NCBI GenBank assembly: GCA_003345555.1
Contig: PRDJ01000078.1
Coordinates: 1-32,000 of the forward strand
DNA: 32,000 bases
Reading direction: 5' to 3'
Source: Candidatus Thorarchaeota archaeon
GTDB lineage: Archaea; Asgardarchaeota; Thorarchaeia; Thorarchaeales; Thorarchaeaceae
How positions within the stretch are numbered: the stretch's first letter is position 1; the number at the start of each line of letters is the position of its first letter. This document shows, one piece after another, positions 26,579 through 32,000 of the stretch. A program made the translations under genes and the position numbers. The notes under the pieces are model-generated. The model had not been told where the DNA came from and did not search any database. It saw only the letters and a program-made list of their open reading frames with translations.

Positions 26579-29500
26579 ATGAGGAGACTGAAAGCCCTTT
26601 TCCTGGTAGCAATCATCGCCATGATTGCCGTTGTTTCTATCAGTTGGATCTACGGATGGTTTCTTGGTCAGACAATATATCGTAGCATGTATTCAAGCAA
26701 GGCCGGTGTAGACTACTGGGCAACATGGACTCTCGAGAACAACATATTCACAGCGTCTGCACTCCTCACTCTTCTCAGCATGATCACGATACCTCAACGC
26801 AGTACTCTCCTCTCATTCTTGGGCACTCTTTCTCAATTTGGGCCGGTCGCTCGGAAGCTCCCATTGCCTAGAGCTATTGCGTGGAGAATCGTTGAGATCC
26901 TTGGGCTCTTCGCATTCTATATCTCGTCGGGTGGTTATTCGGTCACAGGACAGAACGTGGCATTCCTGATGATGCTCATAGGTCATGGATCGATTTCCAT
27001 CACCCCGGCAGACATCAGTACTCTATTCGCTTTGCCGTTCGCACCGGGTACGTCTGCCTCTTCGGTTGTCAGTCTTGTACCTGCGATGGAAGCATACCAG
27101 CTGTATGTGGGCCTTCTTGCCACTTTTCTGGCCGCCACTGCAGTCAGAGTGGCTCTTAGCATTGCGACAGAATTGATGGTTCAGAGGCGTGATATACTAA
27201 TCATATTCGCCAAAGTGCTTATGATAGGAGCTCTTGCTTTGGGCATCTCTATAATGGGTGTACCCACTTGGACCGTGAACGCTGGAACTTGGATGACCTA
27301 CTTGGCCTACATCGTAGCTCTGGCATCTTGCATAATGGGCGCCATCCTAGTCTTGGCATTCCGTGTCCACTCTGGGGACGTGCAAACTAGAGTTAGAGGC
27401 AAGATTGCGCAGCTTGAGGAAGACTTGGCCCGAATGCAGGGAGAGCTGCTATCACTTCGTCAGGAGTATGAGAGCGGCACAATTACAGTCGACGACTATC
27501 GCCGCAGGGTCAATATGCTCATGGAAGATAGGTCCAACATAGCAGGCGAACTTAGGCGTCTGAAAGTAGAGCGGCTCATCCCAATTGGTGGGTCTCCAAG
27601 GAAATTCGGGGTTCTCGCACTGGCACTGGTCGTGATTGTCGTTATGCTGCCTGCTACCCAAGCTTTCTACTATGGCATCCAGATGTCGGGTGACAGGTAC
27701 ATTGACTGGAAGTTCAACTATGAGACCACGAAGGAGATTGAGATCACTACGTGGGCTGCAGGTATCCAGGGACTGACGACGGAAACTCTCCAAGACCTCA
27801 CTCTCAACGCAACTCCTCAGGGCGAAGTTGAGTATCTTACTACTGTAAGGCAATGGGATCAAGACGCTAGCTACCTTCGCATGAAGAATCAGATAGGCAC
27901 CAACTGGATGCAGCTCGCGGATTCCGACATCGTCTTTCTCAAGGAACATGAATATTGGTTTGCACCCTTGACCCTCGACTATAATACCGTATCTACCAGC
28001 TTCATCAATCATCGATTGATTTACACTCACACAGAAGGTCTGGTTGTTCAGGACGCCTACACCGGAGACATTGTAGATCATACAGACCTCATGACTCTGC
28101 TGAACCGCAGCGAGACCATAGACACCTACTACGGCGAAGGGACAGGTTTCAGTGGTCCTGTGTTTGTAGATGTCCCAGGCATTGAAGAAGTCGGGAACGT
28201 TACATTCCAAGGACAGCCAGACTACACACTGACAGGCTTCGAGTCCAGCTTCTTCATTCTCTCCATGGGCCCTGAAGCATGGTCGTTTGCAGGGCAAAGC
28301 CTCGATATGCTCTTGGAGCGGAGCGTGCAGTCAAGAGTCGCCAGTATAATGCTCCAAGGGCTGACAGTCGACCAAGACGCATACATAGTTGTGGACCCGT
28401 CTGGAAACCTCTACTACGCTGTGTCCGTTTTCATAGACTATCGGTTGTCAACGGGTTATGCTCACGAGAACTACATGAGATTCATGGGCGTAGTTCTCGT
28501 TGACATTGAGACAGGTACCCTAGGCTTCTACAAGTCACCAACCGCCAATTCCAGTTTCTTCATCGACAAGACCTTTGACGAATACTATCCTTGGCAAGAC
28601 ATGCCTGCTTGGTTGCAGTCACAGGCTCGATGGCCTGAAGACCTCTATGAGCGCCAGCTAAGCATAGCTTACATATACCATGTCAGGGACGGCTTCGTAT
28701 GGAGGAGCGGCGTAGATTTCTTTGAGGCTCCTGGAGAGTCGGACACACGATACATCATCATGCGCATTGGAGGAGTCGATCGGTTCGTTGCAATCCATAA
28801 TGTTGAGTTCCTTCAATCTCCTGGGAGGAACCTTGCAGGGCTGTACGTAATGGGATGTGGCAATCGGGATTTTGGTCAGTTGAGATTCTATGGTTCTGGA
28901 GAGATTGGTGTATCGACTTATCTGGGGCCTGAGGCCGCACGTCAGGCATTTGAGACAAGCGACAAGGTCCGCACACAGCTCAGTCTGTGGGGAGAGCACA
29001 GGTATGGCAACATACTGCTCTACCACCTTGGAGGTCAACTCTTCTTTGTGATTCCAGTCTTTCTGCAAGTCGAGACAACTGGTGCTAAGGTCATCGAGAA
29101 ACTGGGTGGAGTAGGTCTTGTTGATGCTCAGACCGGTGCACGAGTTGCACTGGGCTCGAATGTTGTAGAAGCCTACTATGAGATGTTCGGCCTGTTGAAC
29201 AGAACTGTTGTTGAAACGGGGCAAGTCGGATTCGAGAGCGCTATCTTCAGTCCAACTTCCATTGTTTCTGGTTCGTCAACCAGTCTTCTCACATTGATGA
29301 AGAACAATGACAATGTGACCCACAGTCTGAGTCTCGATATTGTCATATTGGCTGGCAACTTCACAGTCGAATGGCACGGGGCGAATGTAACCCCAACAGC
29401 CTATCCCGCGAATTCTACCTTCAGTCTGTCAATCGGCAACCTAGGCCCAGGGGACTCGTACGGCACTTCACCGACGGTCACTGTCTATCTCCCGCCTGGA

Positions 29501-29590
29501 ATTGTGTTTGCAACGTACCTCGTCCTAATCGTGCTTAGGACTGAAGGAGGAGCGGTCGATCAGATGAGCCTCTTCCTGACAGTAACCTAA
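26579..29590 (+). CDS. UPF0182 (COG1615)-family membrane protein with SHOCT-like insert and C-terminal Ig-like domain
   Basis: N-terminal TM block. LIYTH, YYGE, NYMR...VD..TG, WPEDLY..Q....YHV.D and GP......QLSLW....YGNILLY.LGG.LFFV.PV resemble UPF0182 motifs as I recall them. Nine sequons, all after the TM block. Confidence 0.8.
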   Translation: MRRLKALFLVAIIAMIAVVSISWIYGWFLGQTIYRSMYSSKAGVDYWATWTLENNIFTASALLTLLSMITIPQRSTLLSFLGTLSQFGPVARKLPLPRAIAWRIVEILGLFAFYISSGGYSVTGQNVAFLMMLIGHGSISITPADISTLFALPFAPGTSASSVVSLVPAMEAYQLYVGLLATFLAATAVRVALSIATELMVQRRDILIIFAKVLMIGALALGISIMGVPTWTVNAGTWMTYLAYIVALASCIMGAILVLAFRVHSGDVQTRVRGKIAQLEEDLARMQGELLSLRQEYESGTITVDDYRRRVNMLMEDRSNIAGELRRLKVERLIPIGGSPRKFGVLALALVVIVVMLPATQAFYYGIQMSGDRYIDWKFNYETTKEIEITTWAAGIQGLTTETLQDLTLNATPQGEVEYLTTVRQWDQDASYLRMKNQIGTNWMQLADSDIVFLKEHEYWFAPLTLDYNTVSTSFINHRLIYTHTEGLVVQDAYTGDIVDHTDLMTLLNRSETIDTYYGEGTGFSGPVFVDVPGIEEVGNVTFQGQPDYTLTGFESSFFILSMGPEAWSFAGQSLDMLLERSVQSRVASIMLQGLTVDQDAYIVVDPSGNLYYAVSVFIDYRLSTGYAHENYMRFMGVVLVDIETGTLGFYKSPTANSSFFIDKTFDEYYPWQDMPAWLQSQARWPEDLYERQLSIAYIYHVRDGFVWRSGVDFFEAPGESDTRYIIMRIGGVDRFVAIHNVEFLQSPGRNLAGLYVMGCGNRDFGQLRFYGSGEIGVSTYLGPEAARQAFETSDKVRTQLSLWGEHRYGNILLYHLGGQLFFVIPVFLQVETTGAKVIEKLGGVGLVDAQTGARVALGSNVVEAYYEMFGLLNRTVVETGQVGFESAIFSPTSIVSGSSTSLLTLMKNNDNVTHSLSLDIVILAGNFTVEWHGANVTPTAYPANSTFSLSIGNLGPGDSYGTSPTVTVYLPPGIVFATYLVLIVLRTEGGAVDQMSLFLTVT

Positions 29591-30537
29591 GGCGAACAGC
29601 TCTCTAACTGATGCCACTCTACAGTCCGTCTGAGTCCGTCGTTGAGACTGACTTGTGGTTTGAAGCGAAGCAATCTTCGGGCCTTGCTCATCGAGCCGAT
29701 ACTATCGCGGAGGTCGCCCTTCCTTTCGGGCAGATGAACAATGCGCGAGGACGTCTGTCCGACAGCCGACAATACCGCCTGTGCTACTTGTAGCACGCTG
29801 ATTGCCTCTGATCCGGAGATGTTAATCGTCTCTCCCCTTGCTCGATTGGCTTCTGATGCCAGATACGTTGCTCTCACAACGTCATCAACGTAGATGAAGT
29901 TACGAGTCTGCTTGCCGTCTCCCTCTACAGTAATTGGCTCGCTATTTAGCGCCTGATTGATGAATATTGAAAGCACTCCGCTGTATTCTGAGCATGTCTG
30001 TCGAGGGCCGTAAACATTGAAGTATCGTAGTATGACCGGCTCTATCCCGTAGGAGTTGCCATACGCCACGAGGTATTCTTCAGCAGATATCTTGGACGCT
30101 GCGTAGGGGCTCTGTGGATTCAACGGGCTCTCCTCATTCACGGGAAGGCTGGAAGGATTGCCATATACTGCCGCGCTCGAGCTCAGTACCACACGCTTTG
30201 CGTCTCTGATTCGAGCCAACTCCAGTACATTCAGCGTTCCATCAACATTGTTCCTGTGGACCAGCGCAGGGTTCTCTACAGACAGCTTGACTGACGAAAC
30301 GGCCGCCAAGTGGAAGATGGTGTCGTATGTCTCGGCTACTCGCTGCAGAAGCGACGAATCACAGATGTCCATCTCAAGAAGGACGAATCTGGGGTTGGCA
30401 AGTGCACTTGCGAGGTTGTTTCTCTTACCCGTACGGAAGTTGTCGATACCAGTGACGGTCGCACCCTTGCTTAACAGGAAATCGACTAGATGACTTCCTA
30501 TGAAACCTGCACAACCTGTTACAAGAACGCTCGTCAT
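29587..30537 (-). CDS. NAD-dependent epimerase, UDP-glucose/UDP-HexNAc 4-epimerase (GalE-like)
   Basis: TGCAGFIGSH, DNFRTG, HLAAVSSVKLSVENP, SSSAAVYG, PYAASK, LRYFNVYGPRQ and TRNFIYVDD. GAGGAG SD. The stop overlaps the UPF0182 stop by 4 bp. Confidence 0.94.
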   Translation of the reverse strand: MTSVLVTGCAGFIGSHLVDFLLSKGATVTGIDNFRTGKRNNLASALANPRFVLLEMDICDSSLLQRVAETYDTIFHLAAVSSVKLSVENPALVHRNNVDGTLNVLELARIRDAKRVVLSSSAAVYGNPSSLPVNEESPLNPQSPYAASKISAEEYLVAYGNSYGIEPVILRYFNVYGPRQTCSEYSGVLSIFINQALNSEPITVEGDGKQTRNFIYVDDVVRATYLASEANRARGETINISGSEAISVLQVAQAVLSAVGQTSSRIVHLPERKGDLRDSIGSMSKARRLLRFKPQVSLNDGLRRTVEWHQLESCSP

Positions 30538-30640
30538 TCTTGCTCCTCGCCAATCTTGTCGATGAAATACATGCTTTATGGTTTTACTAAGGGCTTCGTC
30601 AGTGTCTTAGCTACTCGTCAGCGCGAGAGACGGTAGTGGT

Positions 30641-30648
30641 CTTATAAC
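30641..30648 (+). promoter_or_regulatory. Candidate TATA box (CTTATAAC; TTATAA is self-complementary)
   Basis: About 55 nt upstream of the GGR ATG. AGGAG SD at 30692-30696. Confidence 0.4.
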
Positions 30649-30702
30649 TGATTTATCAACTGGTTTGGCGAGTCACTTGGTGCCTCAATTCAGGAGCCTA
30701 CA

Positions 30703-31905
30703 ATGATGTCGAGTCTGAATGCTGACGTTGTCGTGGTTGGTGCTGGCCCGGCAGGATCGACTGCCGCCAAGATCGCCGCTTCAAACGGGCTGAAGACAAT
30801 CATTGTCGAAAGGCGCGCGCATGTCGGACTTCCCGTTCAATGTGGCGAGTTTGTGCCGAGCCCGGGAGAGATGAAGGATCTGTTTCCTAGGTGTCCCAGA
30901 GGTGCACAGCTCGTCGATATTCCAAACCGTTTCATCACAAACAGGTGTTCCCGAATCCGTCTCGTATCGCCCCGCTGTAGTCAGTTTGAATTCGGCTTGA
31001 TGGCAAACATCATAGACCGCGCTCGTTATGACTCTTGGCTTGCTTCCGAAGCACAGAGGCAAGGAGCGGAGCTACTACTGAACTCGATTGCCTTGGGTAT
31101 GAAAAGTCCGAACGAAGTGGTATTCAGAGACAAAGATGGGACCCATTCCCTAATAGCAAAGGTAATAGTGGGCGCTGACGGTCCCAGCTCCTGCATAGCA
31201 AGCTCACTGGGTCATGAATACATGACGGATTCAAAAGACCTGAGCCTTTCTCTGCAGTATGTGATGAAAGACATGGACTGCGAGGATGATAAGATTGAGA
31301 TGTATTTTGGCGGTCAAATCGCCCCCGGAGGCTATGCTTGGATAATTCCAAAGGGCAATTCGGTGGCCAATGTTGGTCTCGGCATCAGAAGCCAGTTTTG
31401 CCCCGATAAGAAGAATCTCAGAACATACTTGGATGGTTTCATTCATGGACATCCACTTGCGCGGCTAAGAACGGGACAGGCTACGACTATCAGCAAAGTT
31501 GCTGCCCTAATACCAGTCGGTGGGCCGGTCAGCAAGAGCTGGGCGGAAAACGTAATCCTTGCTGGAGATGCCGCAGGTCACGTCATGGCATGTAATGGTG
31601 GTGGAATACCGACCGCACTTGTTGACGGTGAGGTAGCTGGGCAGGCCGCGGTCAAGCACGTCTTTGAAGGTATTCCTCTCTCGTGGTACGAAGATACTTG
31701 GCAATTGGAGATTGGCACCGAGCTCAAGACAGCCCTTACGATTCTGCACATAGCTGATCAGGTTATGCCGTCTGACATGGTCACCGACACTTGTATGCGC
31801 CTGGCAGGATCGCGGTTCTTGGAGCCTCTAATCCGGTGTCGTCTGCCGCTTCCCGTGGATTTGGCTGCTCGGACACTCGTGAGGCTGTTGAGAGCAATCA
31901 CATAG
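30703..31905 (+). CDS. Geranylgeranyl reductase family flavoprotein (DGGGPL reductase-like)
   Basis: VVVGAGPAGS FAD motif, PVQCGE, VGADG..S, PGGYAWIIPKG, ANVGLG and GDAAG....NGGGI..A. Confidence 0.93.
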   Translation: MMSSLNADVVVVGAGPAGSTAAKIAASNGLKTIIVERRAHVGLPVQCGEFVPSPGEMKDLFPRCPRGAQLVDIPNRFITNRCSRIRLVSPRCSQFEFGLMANIIDRARYDSWLASEAQRQGAELLLNSIALGMKSPNEVVFRDKDGTHSLIAKVIVGADGPSSCIASSLGHEYMTDSKDLSLSLQYVMKDMDCEDDKIEMYFGGQIAPGGYAWIIPKGNSVANVGLGIRSQFCPDKKNLRTYLDGFIHGHPLARLRTGQATTISKVAALIPVGGPVSKSWAENVILAGDAAGHVMACNGGGIPTALVDGEVAGQAAVKHVFEGIPLSWYEDTWQLEIGTELKTALTILHIADQVMPSDMVTDTCMRLAGSRFLEPLIRCRLPLPVDLAARTLVRLLRAIT

Positions 31906-32000
31906 TGGGATGGCCTAGACGCTCAGAGGTTTCTCAGTAGTCTCTCTGTAGGACGGAATCGGCCAACTCTTCCAAGAGACTCTGATTAGGAAATCGCTCG

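Noticed and set aside
27452-29224. Long antisense ORFs (281 aa and 188 aa) inside the UPF0182 gene, and other 60-170 aa shadow ORFs across the window
   Set aside because: They lie fully inside well-supported genes, show no recognisable motifs and lack SD sites. They are expected shadow frames at this GC content.
25570-31905. Selenocysteine, pyrrolysine or frameshift recoding, including SECIS elements
   Set aside because: All proteins reach family-typical lengths with no in-frame stops. I found no stem with the SECIS kink-turn core.
31915-32000. Possible 3' end of a minus-strand gene at the window edge (...ERFPNQSLLEELADSVLQRDY*, stop at 31934-31936)
   Set aside because: Only about 22 codons are visible, and a second frame is also open to 31915, so it cannot be supported.
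1-32000. CRISPR arrays, IS elements, integrases, rRNA and tRNA genes
   Set aside because: By eye I found no regularly spaced repeats, transposase or recombinase motifs, or RNA-gene signatures. A tRNAscan/Infernal run would be needed to exclude split or intron-containing tRNAs.

Overview
Archaeal genomic window, about half GC, with GGTGA/GGAGG Shine-Dalgarno sites, TATA-like boxes, archaeal-type ApgM and a geranylgeranyl-reductase family gene. An Asgard (Thorarchaeia-like) or Bathyarchaeia source is my guess only. It holds 22 credible CDSs. Most form a surface-glycan or protein-glycosylation locus: 5 GT4 glycosyltransferases, 2 flippases, 2 large GT-C-like multi-pass membrane proteins, 4 extended SDR epimerases/dehydratases (one WbmF-like), a DegT aminotransferase, a WecD-like GNAT and a nucleotide-sugar dehydrogenase. 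A lower-glycolysis trio (pyk divergent from eno-apgM) is embedded in it. The right side has a Cys-rich Fe-S protein, a 1003-aa UPF0182-family membrane protein and a GGR-family flavoprotein. I saw no tRNA, rRNA, CRISPR array, transposase or integrase. The most unusual points are: (i) the locus is built from head-to-head gene pairs rather than operons (14 strand switches in 21 junctions), often pairing functionally linked enzymes; (ii) two uncharacterised GT-C-like proteins; (iii) a UPF0182 protein with SHOCT-like and Ig-like additions; (iv) a WbmF-like SDR that appears to keep a full catalytic triad; (v) overlapping inverted repeats at the pyk 3' end. All family calls come from motif recognition by eye. 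No searches were run.
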